A DNA stretch of 64,000 nt from Piromyces finnis finn (Eukaryota > Fungi > Neocallimastigomycota), in the NCBI GenBank assembly GCA_002104945.1, contig MCFH01000026.1, positions 248,001 to 312,000 on the forward strand. The letters are read 5' to 3'. The notes beneath the pieces are model-generated. The model did no database searches. It was not told the DNA's origin and was given only the letters and a program-made list of their open reading frames with translations. Within the stretch, counting starts at the first letter, position 1. The number at the start of each line of letters is the position of its first letter. Positions 37,701-48,418 of this stretch are shown here, one piece after another. The translations under genes were made by a program, and so were the position numbers.

Positions 37701-39232
37701 GAAACATTAGGATCGTTGGATTTTGCTGAAAGTATTTGGAATTTATTATGACTGAGAATAGATTCCTTTTCCTCAATACATTTTAATCTATTCCATTTCA
37801 GAATTTTCTTAGGAACATTAAAGTCATTAGAAAAATCTTCCATAGGAATAATTTTACCATTAATAAGAAGTGGCTTATGGTCTGATACAGGATAAAAATT
37901 ATTTATAAATGATCCTGAATGAATAAGATCTTTCATCTTCAAATTGATAAGAGCATGGTCAATGTCGGAAGATTGATCACCTCGAGTCCAAGAGATAGTC
38001 GACCCTCTAAGCGGAAGAATTTCCCAATCTCCTAATCCATTAGTTGATAACCAATTGGATAATTTTACTTTAGACATATTAAAATCACCAACAAGAATCG
38101 ATGGATGGGATGAATGAGTTTGTAACCACAAGCGAACTTCTAACTTTGCATGATCAACATAGATGTTGTGATGACTATGAGGCATATAAACATTTCCAAT
38201 CGAGCATTTGAATCTATTCCAGAGACTAAAAGTATAAATAGAAATAATATACTTTCCAGAGAAGTTTTCAAGTGAAGCTTGACACGAATTGTGAAAACCT
38301 AAATATAAACCTCTCATTCCCGGAACTGATTCGTCAGCTTTCTTGAAAAAGTGTCTATAGTTTCGCAAAGTAACACGACAAGGATAATCTGTATTCGATC
38401 CAGAACCATTACCAGTTTCTTGGAAACATAAAAATAATGGTTTGAAAATAGCTGTGAAATAGCTAATACTATCTCTCTTTTCGTGATTCCACCCATTGGT
38501 GTTCCAACTAAGACAAAAAGAAAAGTTAACAGGCTTGTTGGATGAGGAAGAATCGTTGCTATTATTATTATTATTAAAGCCATCGTTATTAATGGATGAT
38601 GCATCAGAGGAATAAGTAGAACTATTACTAGATGGCTGTGAAACTGAAGAACTATCAACTATTGAACTGTTATCAGAGTTGATAGAGCTATTAGAATTAA
38701 TTGTTGAATGTTGAGATTGAAATTGTGTTTGCTGTAGATCTGGAATATTTTCATAAATGGAAACTTGTTGAAGATCTTGTTGAAGATCTAGTTGAGGATC
38801 GGATTGTTGATGAGATTGTTGAACTGATTGTTGAAATGATTGTTGAATAGAATGTTGATGTTTATTAGAAACTAAAATTTTACGTTTGAGAGTGGAAAAA
38901 GTGTATTTGTGATTCCTTCTACTACGAGCTGAAAAGGAAATTGAGGTAACTGAAAGTTTCTTCTTTAACATGTGTAAGATTTTAATACAATCTTTCGATG
39001 AACCATGAACCTTGACTAAGAAAAAGTGATCATTGAAAGTTTGAAAATATTTAACACTAATAACTGAATTAAATTTATCTTCTAGAATAACCTCGAGTTT
39101 TTCCCATAGCATATTTACTGACCATGATCGAATACCACGGATAAAGAAGGAGCGAATATCATCTAAGGGGATACCATAAGACCGGGTACCACGTCTGATA
39201 TAATTCTTGTCTTTAATATAAAGGACTGACAT
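34712..39232 (-). CDS. LINE polyprotein, 1506 aa: N-terminal domain + APE endonuclease + RT + CCHC zinc knuckle
   Basis: APE motifs SWNTNG, FQET, GDFN, SDIDH, SDH; RT motifs ASGPDG, YRGISL, LDLRKAYDSV, GVRQGCPLSP, FADD; CKCGDQSIKHWLLDC. Confidence 0.96.
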   Translation of the reverse strand: MSVLYIKDKNYIRRGTRSYGIPLDDIRSFFIRGIRSWSVNMLWEKLEVILEDKFNSVISVKYFQTFNDHFFLVKVHGSSKDCIKILHMLKKKLSVTSISFSARSRRNHKYTFSTLKRKILVSNKHQHSIQQSFQQSVQQSHQQSDPQLDLQQDLQQVSIYENIPDLQQTQFQSQHSTINSNSSINSDNSSIVDSSSVSQPSSNSSTYSSDASSINNDGFNNNNNSNDSSSSNKPVNFSFCLSWNTNGWNHEKRDSISYFTAIFKPLFLCFQETGNGSGSNTDYPCRVTLRNYRHFFKKADESVPGMRGLYLGFHNSCQASLENFSGKYIISIYTFSLWNRFKCSIGNVYMPHSHHNIYVDHAKLEVRLWLQTHSSHPSILVGDFNMSKVKLSNWLSTNGLGDWEILPLRGSTISWTRGDQSSDIDHALINLKMKDLIHSGSFINNFYPVSDHKPLLINGKIIPMEDFSNDFNVPKKILKWNRLKCIEEKESILSHNKFQILSAKSNDPNVSTDELSKEFTSTAFSIADELSITSANNVIKSSFHISQQIFNLQKIKMKLYKRFKKERIYDIDEFIKRIKIYRKLIDYIHKRCNEFRKQEYLHWIKTGCEYMKSHNPKKAWKWIKKTAKIGKDSFFIAQPIKNKNGELVVATEELDVWHDHFENLASDPSGVSLDLEHWYEEPMNKRFSLPMLDEWDINQDISIDEVKSAILSTPNYKASGPDGIPIEFYKALVPSSNDSNNATDNNSSGNTTSDNDAHGLNFILKLFNRIWDGDFPNSWNESSIVSIPKKGDLTDCDNYRGISLINNGIKLISKIVTTRISEYGLKNNFIRPEQFGFRKKEESISLFISIQEICRRRQLDNKETYLAFLDLRKAYDSVPIDNILHKLDCLGIRGKSLQFIKNLYLTSKANVKLDGQFSKSFDVKKGVRQGCPLSPILFNLFINDIFKECEDLGVSLGDTRCCGGLFADDIVICAPTRGCLKKMLRRVNEWALYNEMEFGIQKCSTMVIRPESIENQNKRDPTFYLAGQPIPTTDCYTYLGVPFDKNLSLKPVIKALNNKVLKGLFSVSKFLRNPNIPIPFKKLVLNSQVISRVSYFSPLLGSNKARSRIAQKHVNKGIRWVAGVHKAVSFISLYSISKDLNIPPLSAKCALAQVRCFNKWKNSNCIISHLVNYIPKFRKYTWCKSSRTHDKKLKKHGDVKAVKNFYWKDLKGNSIKAQYYDDNKFIETKDFIKLCYEYPKFAYGFYWLLKARSRYKLDARVAKAAKFVDPVCPNYCPCCKCGDQSIKHWLLDCPTFRDIRIKHYDSIVQLLNFFSQRNSNSPINNNEIDNISRDSNNINSNSNNSSNNNSNSNNSNSNNSNNNNNRNNNISNDNNSEDNNSNLDSNLVNDSNSSNNPVNINVYDYSSVCSKIFKFLLGGRSFNNINYNSREWKELCKRQIQSDTNEGTPFLTVTAELLTKIMPFAIGQQWSMFKRFEATSKSVNAEETVRQARRASATNGDHNFIP

Positions 39233-39877
39233 GATAATAAATTCTAATTAAAAATATTGAATATAAAATAAATACTAATAAAAATTATAAATATAACGTA
39301 TATGGAAAAAAAAATCTGTCTCTCTCTCTCTTCTTAAAAGTACTGGATAGTACAAAAATTGTTACGATGCTTTGTTTAAAGTTTCTTTTTTTTGAATTCT
39401 AGTTGTAAATTTTCTTTAAAAATTCTAGTTTTGGTTTGTTTTTAGTAAATTCGAATCGCTTTTTGACACTAAACTTGTTTGACTTTACTTTTCATTAAAT
39501 ATTTAAATTGGTAAAAAATTTGAATCAAGAATGTCGACACAAGAAAGCTTGTGAATAGTATTTTTACATGATGTAGAGTGAATCAGTCTCTTACAAGAAA
39601 CAATACAACAATAGCTACATGAATATAAAAATACAATGCAAATGCTAGAGTTGACTACATTGGATTCTTACAAGAGAAGAGTAGTACTACATGTATACAT
39701 GAATAAAAGAAAAAATACAGCAACAAAATGTATTATTCTTCTAATTAAATACTATACAAACTTACCTGAATATCAAACATTCAACTTATTCATCAAATAC
39801 TTAATTAGATGAATAAAATGTTTTTTAATCGCTCAGTACCATGAGCTTAGTCCTAATAATTTTCCCTTAAAGACTAA

Positions 39878-40127
39878 CCAAGCATCCATTGCGCAATGCT
39901 TGGATTTAATTCTTTCTACTCTCTCAGTACCATGAGCATGAGTAGACCCCCTTGAGAAACTACATTTATTAAATAAATGAAGGCACGTTCCCAAGAGGGA
40001 AGGGCACCAAGCATCCATTGCGCAATACTTGGATTTAATTCTTTCTACTCTCTCAGTACCATGAGCATGAGTAGACCCCTTGAGAAACTACATTTATTAA
40101 ATAAATGAAGGCACGTTCCCAAGAGGG
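39878..40127 (-). repeat. Tandem ~124-129 bp 5' modules of the LINE (also at 32965-33086, 48030-48227, 48329-48387)
   Basis: The unit ccaagcatcc...cccaagaggg repeats at 39878/40007 and 48030/48154. Confidence 0.9.
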
Positions 40128-40141
40128 ATATGAGCATGAGT

Positions 40142-40144
<3 letters not shown>

Positions 40145-40182
<38 letters not shown>

Positions 40183-42439
40183 GGCATCAAATATTTTAAA
40201 CTTTATTATTAATTTAATTAAAATTATAATACATGTAATAAAAAATTAAAAATAAATAAAAATAAAAAAAATATGTTTAAATAAACACAAATGAATAAAA
40301 ATTGGGTATAATGTATTCTAGTAATTTTAATTAAAGTAAGAAAGCCACTATCATACTAAAGTATAATAATTGTATTTGACTTCCAATGGGACACCGAGCC
40401 AAAGATCAAAATTTTGTCATGGAACAAAATTATGATCTCCATTGGTTGCGCTGGCCCTCCTGGCCTGTCTTACTGTTTCTTCAGCATTGACGCTCTTGGA
40501 TGTTGCTTCAAACCTTTTGAACATTGACCATTGCTGGCCAATAGCAAAAGGCATGATTTTGGTTAGAAGTTCCGCGGTTACCGTCAAGAATGGTGTTCCT
40601 TCATTAGTACCAGATTGAATCTGACGCTTACAAAGTTCTTTCCATTCCCTTGAATTGTAATTAATATTGTTAAAACTTCTTCCCCCAAGAAGGAATTTAA
40701 ATATTTTACTGCACACACTAGAATAATCATACACATTAATATTCACCGGATTATTAGAACTATTACTATCATTAACTAAATTACTATCTAAATTAGAATT
40801 ATTATCTTCACTATTGCTATCATTACTAATATTATTATTTCTATTACTACTATTGTTATTATTACTATTGTTACTATTACTATTGTTATTATTACTATTG
40901 TTACTATTACTATTAATATTATTACTATCTCTACTGATATTATCAATTTCATTATTATTGATAGGACTATTGGAATTACGTTGACTGAAAAAATTTAATA
41001 GCTGGACTATGGAATCATAATGTTTAATACGGATATCTCTAAATGTTGGACAATCTAATAACCAATGTTTAATACTTTGATCTCCACACTTGCAACATGG
41101 ACAGTAGTTAGGACAAACTGGATCAACAAATTTAGCAGCTTTGGCAACTCTAGCATCCAACTTGTATCCGCTTCTTGCTTTCAATAGCCAGTAGAAGCCA
41201 TAGGCAAACTCTGGGTACTCATAACATAATTTAATAAAATCTTTAGTTTCAATAAATTTATTATCATCATAATATTGCGCTTTGATTGAATTCCCTTTGA
41301 GATCTTTCCAATAAAAGTTTTTAACTGCTTTAACATCTCCATGTTTCTTTAATTTTTTATCATGTGTCCTACTTGATTTGCACCACGTGTATTTTCTAAA
41401 TTTAGGAATGTAATTGACAAGGTGTGAGATAATACAATTTGAGTTTTTCCATTTGTTAAAACATCTAACCTGAGCTAACGCACATTTGGCTGACAATGGA
41501 GGAATATTCAAATCTTTTGAAATAGAGTATAAAGATATAAACGATACAGCTTTATGAACTCCGGCAACCCATCGTATTCCTTTGTTAACATGCTTCTGAG
41601 CAATCCTAGACCTAGCTTTGTTGGATCCAAGTAATGGTGCAAAGTATGAAACTCTGCTAATCACTTGTGAGTTAAGTACTAGTTTTTTGAAAGGAATAGG
41701 AATATTAGGATTTCTTAAGAATTTACTGACTGAGAAAAGCCCTTTCAAAACCTTGTTATTAAGAGCTTTAATTACTGGTTTAAGGGACAGATTCTTATCA
41801 AATGGAACACCAAGATAAGTATAACAATCAGTAGTTGGAATGGGTTGTCCTGCTAAGTAAAATGTTGGATCTCTCTTGTTCTGATTTTCTATTGATTCAG
41901 GACGAATCACCATCGTTGAACATTTCTGGATACCAAATTCCATTTCATTATACAATGCCCATTCATTAACTCTTCTTAGCATCTTTTTTAAGCATCCTCT
42001 TGTTGGAGCACAAATAACTATATCATCTGCAAAAAGTCCACCACAGCATCGAGTGTCACCTAAACTGACTCCTAGATCTTCGCACTCTCTAAATATATCA
42101 TTAATAAAGAGATTAAAGAGAATAGGAGAAAGAGGGCAACCTTGACGGACTCCTTTCTTCACATCAAAAGATTTCGAGAATTGTCCATCTAATTTGACAT
42201 TAGCCTTAGATGTTAAATATAAATTTTTGATAAATTGTAAACTCTTACCTCGGATTCCTAAACAATCTAATTTATGGAGAATATTACCGATTGGGACTGA
42301 ATCGTATGCTTTCCTGAGATCTAAAAAGGCCAAATATGTCTCTTTATTATCTAATTGACGTCTACGGCATATTTCTTGGATTGAAATGAAAAGACTAATA
42401 CTTTCTTCTTTTTTTCGAAAACCAAATTGTTCAGGTCTA
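40145..42439 (-). mobile_element. LINE unit 4: 5'-truncated within RT
   Basis: Poly(A), 3' UTR and ORF 40417-42333, with a T-run frameshift near 42410. Confidence 0.93.
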
Positions 42440-42587
42440 GTAAGAAAGCCACTATCATACTAAAGTATAATAATTGTATTTGACTTCCAATGGGCACCGA
42501 GCCAAAGATCAAAATTTTGTCATGGAACAAAATTATGATCTCCATTGGTTGCGCTGGCCCTCCTGGCCTGTCTTACTGTTTCATCAG

Positions 42588-42589
<2 letters not shown>
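42440..42589 (-). mobile_element. LINE unit 5: 150-bp internal fragment with no poly(A)
   Basis: Matches the ORF end and proximal 3' UTR only, fused directly to unit 4. Confidence 0.85.
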
Positions 42590-42621
<32 letters not shown>

Positions 42622-45600
42622 GGCATCAAATATTTTAAACTTTATTATTAATTTAATTAAAATTATAATACATGAAATATAAAAATTAAAATAAAATAAA
42701 AATAAAAAAAATATGTTTAAATAAACACAAATGAATAAAAATTGGGTATAATGTATTCTAGTAATTTTAATTAAAGTAAGAAAGCCACTATCATACTAAA
42801 GTATAATAATTGTATTTGACTTCCAATGGGACACCGAGCCAAAGATCAAAATTTTATCATGGGACAAAATTATGATCTCCATTGGTTGCGCTGGCCCTCC
42901 TGGCCTGTCTTACTGTTTCTTCAGCATTGACGCTCTTGGATGTTGCTTCAAACCTTTTGAACATTGACCATTGCTGGCCAATAGCAAAAGGCATGATTTT
43001 GGTTAGAAGTTCCGCGGTTACCGTCAAGAATGGTGTTCCTTCATTAGTACCAGATTGAATCTGACGCTTACAAAGTTCTTTCCATTCCCTTGAATTGTAA
43101 TTGATATTGTTAAAACTTCTTCCCCCAAGAAGGAATTTAAATATTTTACTGCACACACTAGAATAATCATACACATTAATATTCACCGGATTATTAGAAC
43201 TATTACTATCATTAACTAAATTACTATCTAAATTAGAATTATTATCTTCACTATTGTTATCATTACTAATATTATTATTTCTATTACTACTATTGTTATT
43301 ATTACTATTGTTACTATTACTATTGTTATTATTACTATTGTTACTATTACTATTAATATTATTACTATCTCTACTGATATTATCAATTTCATTATTATTG
43401 ATAGGACTATTGGAATTACGTTGACTGAAAAAATTTAGTAGCTGGACTATGGAATCATAATGTTTAATACGGATATCTCTAAATGTTGGACAATCTAATA
43501 ACCAATGTTTAATACTTTGATCTCCACACTTGCAACATGGACAGTAGTTAGGACAAACTGGATCAACAAATTTAGCAGCTTTGGCAACTCTAGCATCCAA
43601 CTTGTATCCGTTTCTTGCTTTCAATAGCCAGTAGAAGCCATAGGCAAACTCTGGGTACTCATAACATAATTTAATAAAATCTTTAGTTTCAATAAATTTA
43701 TTATCATCATAATATTGCGCTTTGATTGAATTCCCTTTGAGATCTTTCCAATAAAAGTTTTTAACTGCTTTAACATCTCCATGTTTCTTTAATTTTTTAT
43801 CAAGTGTCCTACTTGATTTGCACCACGTGTATTTTCTAAATTTAGGAATGTAATTGACAAGGTGTGAGATAATACAATTTGAGTTTTTCCATTTGTTAAA
43901 ACATCTAACCTGAGCTAACGCACATTTGGCTGACAATGGAGGAATATTCAAATCTTTTGAAATAGAGTATAAAGATATAAACGATACAGCTTTATGAACT
44001 CCGGCAACCCATCGTATTCCTTTGTTAACATGCTTCTGAGCAATTCTAGACCTGGCTTTGTTGGATCCAAGTAATGGTGCAAAGTATGAAACTCTGCTAA
44101 TCACTTGTGAGTTAAGTACTAGCTTTTTGAAGGGAATAGGAATATTAGGATTTCTTAAGAATTTACTGACTGAAAAAAGCCCTTTCAAAACCTTGTTATT
44201 AAGAGCTTTAATAACTGGTTTAAGGGACAGATTCTTATCAAATGGAACACCAAGATAAGTATAACAATCAGTAGTTGGAATGGGTTGTCCTGCTAAGTAA
44301 AATGTTGGATCTCTCTTGTTCTGATTTTCTATTGATTCAGGACGAATCACCATCGTTGAACATTTCTGGATACCAAATTCCATTTCATTATACAAGGCCC
44401 ATTCATTAACTCTTCTAAGCATCTTTTTTAAGCATCCTCTTGTTGGAGCACAAATAACTATATCATCTGCAAAAAGTCCACCACAGCATCGAGTGTCACC
44501 TAAACTGACTCCGAGATCTTCACACTCTTTAAATATATCATTAATAAAGAGATTAAAGAGAATAGGAGAAAGAGGGCATCCTTGACGGACTCCTTTCTTC
44601 ACATCAAAAGATTTCGAGAATTGTCCATCTAATTTGACATTAGCCTTAGATGTTAAATATAAATTTTTGATGAATTGTAAACTCTTACCTCGGATTCCTA
44701 AACAATCTAATTTATGGAGAATATTACCGATTGGGACTGAATCGTATGCTTTCCTGAGATCTAAAAAGGCCAAATATGTCTCTTTATTATCTAATTGACG
44801 TCTACGGCATATTTCTTGGATTGAAATGAAAAGACTGATACTTTCTTCCTTTTTTCGAAAACCAAATTGTTCAGGTCTAATGAAATTATTCTTTAGACCA
44901 TATTCTGAGATTCTAGTGGTGACAATTTTGGAAATCAACTTAATACCATTATTGATAAGTGATATACCTCGATAGTTATCACAATCTGTCAAATCTCCCT
45001 TCTTAGGAATAGAAACAATACTGGATTCATTCCATGAGTTGGGGAAGTCTCCATCCCAAATACGGTTGTATAATTTAAGAATAAAATTTAAACCATAAGC
45101 ATCATTATCTGAAGTGGTATTACCGGAAGAATTATTATCTGTAGCATTATTAGAATCATTACTTGATGGAATTAATGCTTTGTAAAATTCAATTGGAATA
45201 CCATCCGGACCTGATGCTTTATAATTCGGAGTAGAGAGGATAGCTGACTTGACTTCATCAATACTAATATCTTGGTTGATATCCCATTCATCAAGCATAG
45301 GGAGTGAAAAACGTTTATTCGTTGGTTCTTCATACCAATGCTCCAAATCAAGACTTACGCCACTTGGATCTGATGCAAGATTTTCGAAATGATCATGCCA
45401 CACATCTAGTTGTTCTTCCGTAGCAACAACTAATTCTCCATTTTTATTTTTAATTGGTTGAGCAATAAAGAAAGAATCTTTTCCAATTTTTGCAGTTTTC
45501 TTGATCCATTTCCAGGCCTTCTTAGGATTATGACTCTTCATATACTCACATCCTGTTTTAATCCAATGAAGATATTCTTGTTTCCTAAATTCATTACATC

Positions 45601-48224
45601 TTTTGTGGATGTAATCAATGAGCTTACGGTAGATTTTAATTCTTTTAATAAATTCATCTATATCATAAATTCTTTCTTTTTTAAATCTCTTATACAACTT
45701 CATTTTGATTTTTTGGAGATTAAAAATTTGTTGTGAAATATGAAATGAAGACTTTATAACATTATTTGCTGAGGTAATACTGAGCTCGTCTGCAATTGAA
45801 AAAGCAGTTGAAGTAAATTCTTTGGAAAGATCATCTGTAGAAACATTAGGATCGTTGAATTTTGCTGAAAGTATTTGGAATTTATTATGACTGAGAATAG
45901 ATTCCTTTTCCTCAATACATTTTAATCTATTCCATTTCAGAATTTTCTTAGGAACGTTAAAGTCATTAGAAAAATCTTCCATAGGAATAATTTTACCATT
46001 AATAAGAAGTGGCTTATGGTCTGATACAGGATAAAAATTATTTATAAATGATCCTGAGTGAATAAGATCTTTCATCTTCGAATTGATAAGAGCATGGTCA
46101 ATGTCGGAAGATTGTTCACCTCGAGTCCAAGAGATAGTAGACCCTCTAAGCGGAAGAATTTCCCAATCTCCTAATCCATTAGTTGATAACCAGTTGGATA
46201 ATTTTACTTTAGACATATTAAAATCACCAACAAGAATCGATGGATGGGATGAATGAGTTTGTAACCACAAGCGAACTTCTAACTTTGCATGATCAACATA
46301 GATGTTGTGATGACTATGAGGCATATAAACATTTCCAATCGAGCATTTGAATCTATTCCAGAGACTAAAAGTATAAATAGAAATAATATACTTTCCAGAG
46401 AAGTTTTCAAGTGAGGCTTGACACGAATTGTGAAAACCTAAATATAAACCTCTCATTCCCGGAACTGATTCGTCAGCTTTCTTGAAAAAGTGTCTATAGT
46501 TTCGCAAAGTAACACGACAAGGATAATCTGTATTCGATCCAGAACCATTACCAGTTTCTTGGAAACATAAGAATAATGGTTTGAAAATAGCTGTGAAATA
46601 GCTAATACTATCTCTCTTTTCATGATTCCACCCATTGGTGTTCCAACTAAGACAAAAAGAAAAGTTATCAGGCTTGTTGGATGAGGAAGAATCGTTGCTA
46701 TTATTATTATTATTAAAGCCATCGTTATTAATGGATGATGCATCAGAGGAATAAGTAGAACTATTACTAGATGGCTGTGAAACTGAAGAACTATCAACTA
46801 TTGAACTGTTATCAGAGTTGATAGAACTATTAGAATTAATTGTTGAATGTTGAGATTGAAATTGTGTTTGCTGTAGATCTGGAATATTTTCATGATGGGA
46901 AACTTGTTGAAGATCCTGTTGAAGATCTCGTTGAAGATCGGATTGTTGATGAGATTGTTGAACTGATTGTTGAACTGATTGTTGAAATGATTGTTGAATA
47001 GAATGTTGATGTTTATTAGAAACTAAAATTTTACGTTTGAGAGTGGAAAAAGTGTATTTGTGATTCCTTCTACTACGAGCTGAAAAGGAAATTGAGGTAA
47101 CTGAAAGTTTCTTCTTTAACATGTGTAAGATTTTAATACAATCTTTTGATGAACCATGAACCTTGACTAAGAAAAAGTGATCATTGAAAGTTTGAAAATA
47201 TTTAACACTAATAACTGAATTAAATTTATCTTCTAGAATAACCTCGAGTTTTTCCCATAGCATATTTACTGACCATGATCGAATACCACGGATAAAGAAG
47301 GAGCGAATATCATCTAAGGGGATACCATAAGACCGGGTACCACGTCTGATATAATTCTTATCTTTAATATAAAGGACTGACATGATAATAAATTCTAATT
47401 AAAAAATATTGAATATAAAATAAATACTAATAAAAATTACAAATATAACGTATATGGAAAAAAATCTGTCTCTCTCTCTCTTCTTAAAAGTACTGGATAG
47501 TACAAAAATTGTTACGATGCTTTGTTTAAAGTTTCTTATTTTTTGAATTCTAGTTGTAAATTTTCTTTAAAAATTCTAGTTTTGGTTTGTTGTTAGTAAA
47601 TTCGATTCGCTTTTTGACACTAAACTTGTTTGACTTTACTTTTCATTAAATATTTAAATTGGTAAAAAATTTGAATCAAGAATGTCGACACCAGAAAGCT
47701 TGTGAATAGTATTTTTACATGATGTAGAGTGAATCAGTCTCTTACAAGAAACAATACAACAATAGCTACATGAATATAAAAGTACAATGCAAATGCTAAA
47801 GTTGACTACATTGGATTCTTACAAGAGAAGAGTAGTACTACATGTATACATGAATAAAAGAAAAAATACAGCAACAAAATGTATTATTCTTCTAATTAAA
47901 TACTATACAAACTTACCTGAAAAATCAAACATTCACTTATTCATCAAATACTTAAATTTGATGAATAAAATGTTTTTTAATCGCTCAGTACCATGAGCTT
48001 AGTCCTAATAATTTTCCCTTGAAGACTAACCAAGCATCCATTGCGCAATGCTTGGATTTAATTCTTTCTACTCTCTCAGTACCATGAGCATGAGTAGACC
48101 CCCTTGAGAAATTACATTTATTAAATAAATGAAGGCACATTCCTAAGAGGGCACCAAGCATCCATTGCGCAATACTTGGATTTAATTCTTTCTACTCTCT
48201 CAGTACCATGAGCATGAGTAGACC

Positions 48225-48227
<3 letters not shown>
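42590..48227 (-). mobile_element. LINE unit 6: full-length
   Basis: Poly(A), intact ORF 42857-47383, 5' UTR and ~1.6 5' modules. Confidence 0.95.
42857..47383 (-). CDS. LINE polyprotein, 1508 aa (APE-RT-CCHC)
   Basis: Near-identical to 34712-39232, with scattered substitutions and small indels in low-complexity linkers. Confidence 0.96.
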   Translation of the reverse strand: MSVLYIKDKNYIRRGTRSYGIPLDDIRSFFIRGIRSWSVNMLWEKLEVILEDKFNSVISVKYFQTFNDHFFLVKVHGSSKDCIKILHMLKKKLSVTSISFSARSRRNHKYTFSTLKRKILVSNKHQHSIQQSFQQSVQQSVQQSHQQSDLQRDLQQDLQQVSHHENIPDLQQTQFQSQHSTINSNSSINSDNSSIVDSSSVSQPSSNSSTYSSDASSINNDGFNNNNNSNDSSSSNKPDNFSFCLSWNTNGWNHEKRDSISYFTAIFKPLFLCFQETGNGSGSNTDYPCRVTLRNYRHFFKKADESVPGMRGLYLGFHNSCQASLENFSGKYIISIYTFSLWNRFKCSIGNVYMPHSHHNIYVDHAKLEVRLWLQTHSSHPSILVGDFNMSKVKLSNWLSTNGLGDWEILPLRGSTISWTRGEQSSDIDHALINSKMKDLIHSGSFINNFYPVSDHKPLLINGKIIPMEDFSNDFNVPKKILKWNRLKCIEEKESILSHNKFQILSAKFNDPNVSTDDLSKEFTSTAFSIADELSITSANNVIKSSFHISQQIFNLQKIKMKLYKRFKKERIYDIDEFIKRIKIYRKLIDYIHKRCNEFRKQEYLHWIKTGCEYMKSHNPKKAWKWIKKTAKIGKDSFFIAQPIKNKNGELVVATEEQLDVWHDHFENLASDPSGVSLDLEHWYEEPTNKRFSLPMLDEWDINQDISIDEVKSAILSTPNYKASGPDGIPIEFYKALIPSSNDSNNATDNNSSGNTTSDNDAYGLNFILKLYNRIWDGDFPNSWNESSIVSIPKKGDLTDCDNYRGISLINNGIKLISKIVTTRISEYGLKNNFIRPEQFGFRKKEESISLFISIQEICRRRQLDNKETYLAFLDLRKAYDSVPIGNILHKLDCLGIRGKSLQFIKNLYLTSKANVKLDGQFSKSFDVKKGVRQGCPLSPILFNLFINDIFKECEDLGVSLGDTRCCGGLFADDIVICAPTRGCLKKMLRRVNEWALYNEMEFGIQKCSTMVIRPESIENQNKRDPTFYLAGQPIPTTDCYTYLGVPFDKNLSLKPVIKALNNKVLKGLFSVSKFLRNPNIPIPFKKLVLNSQVISRVSYFAPLLGSNKARSRIAQKHVNKGIRWVAGVHKAVSFISLYSISKDLNIPPLSAKCALAQVRCFNKWKNSNCIISHLVNYIPKFRKYTWCKSSRTLDKKLKKHGDVKAVKNFYWKDLKGNSIKAQYYDDNKFIETKDFIKLCYEYPEFAYGFYWLLKARNGYKLDARVAKAAKFVDPVCPNYCPCCKCGDQSIKHWLLDCPTFRDIRIKHYDSIVQLLNFFSQRNSNSPINNNEIDNISRDSNNINSNSNNSNNNNSNSNNSNNNNSSNRNNNISNDNNSEDNNSNLDSNLVNDSNSSNNPVNINVYDYSSVCSKIFKFLLGGRSFNNINYNSREWKELCKRQIQSGTNEGTPFLTVTAELLTKIMPFAIGQQWSMFKRFEATSKSVNAEETVRQARRASATNGDHNFVP

Positions 48228-48262
<35 letters not shown>

Positions 48263-48418
48263 GGCATCAAATATTTTAAACTTTATTATTAATTTAATTA
48301 AAATTATAATACATGTAATAAAAAATTAAGTAGACCCCCTTGAGAAACTACATTTATTAAATAAATGAAGGCACGTTCCCAAGAGGGCTTCATCAGCATT
48401 GACGCTTTCCCAAGAGGG
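48228..48418 (-). mobile_element. LINE unit 7: mini-element and mosaic 5' junction
   Basis: Poly(A) + 69 bp of 3' end + 59 bp of 5' module + 19 bp ORF fragment + 12 bp of 5' terminus. Confidence 0.8.

Larger units (their letters stand above)
34443..40144 (-). mobile_element. LINE unit 3: full-length (~5.7 kb)
   Basis: Poly(A), intact ORF, ~0.6 kb 5' UTR and two 5' modules. Confidence 0.95.

Noticed and set aside
39900-39960. Hammerhead or twister ribozyme in the 5' module (CUGAGAG...GAAA; GUUCCCAAG)
   Set aside because: The CUGANGA core and stem II are not satisfied, and the twister-like string is antisense and lacks the conserved GCCC/UAA elements.
39878-40127. CRISPR-like repeat array
   Set aside because: The units are contiguous tandem copies with no unique spacers, the context is eukaryotic, and there are no cas genes.
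28980-48418. Telomeric HeT-A/TART-like array
   Set aside because: Ordinary genes and tRNAs lie on both sides, so the array is interstitial.
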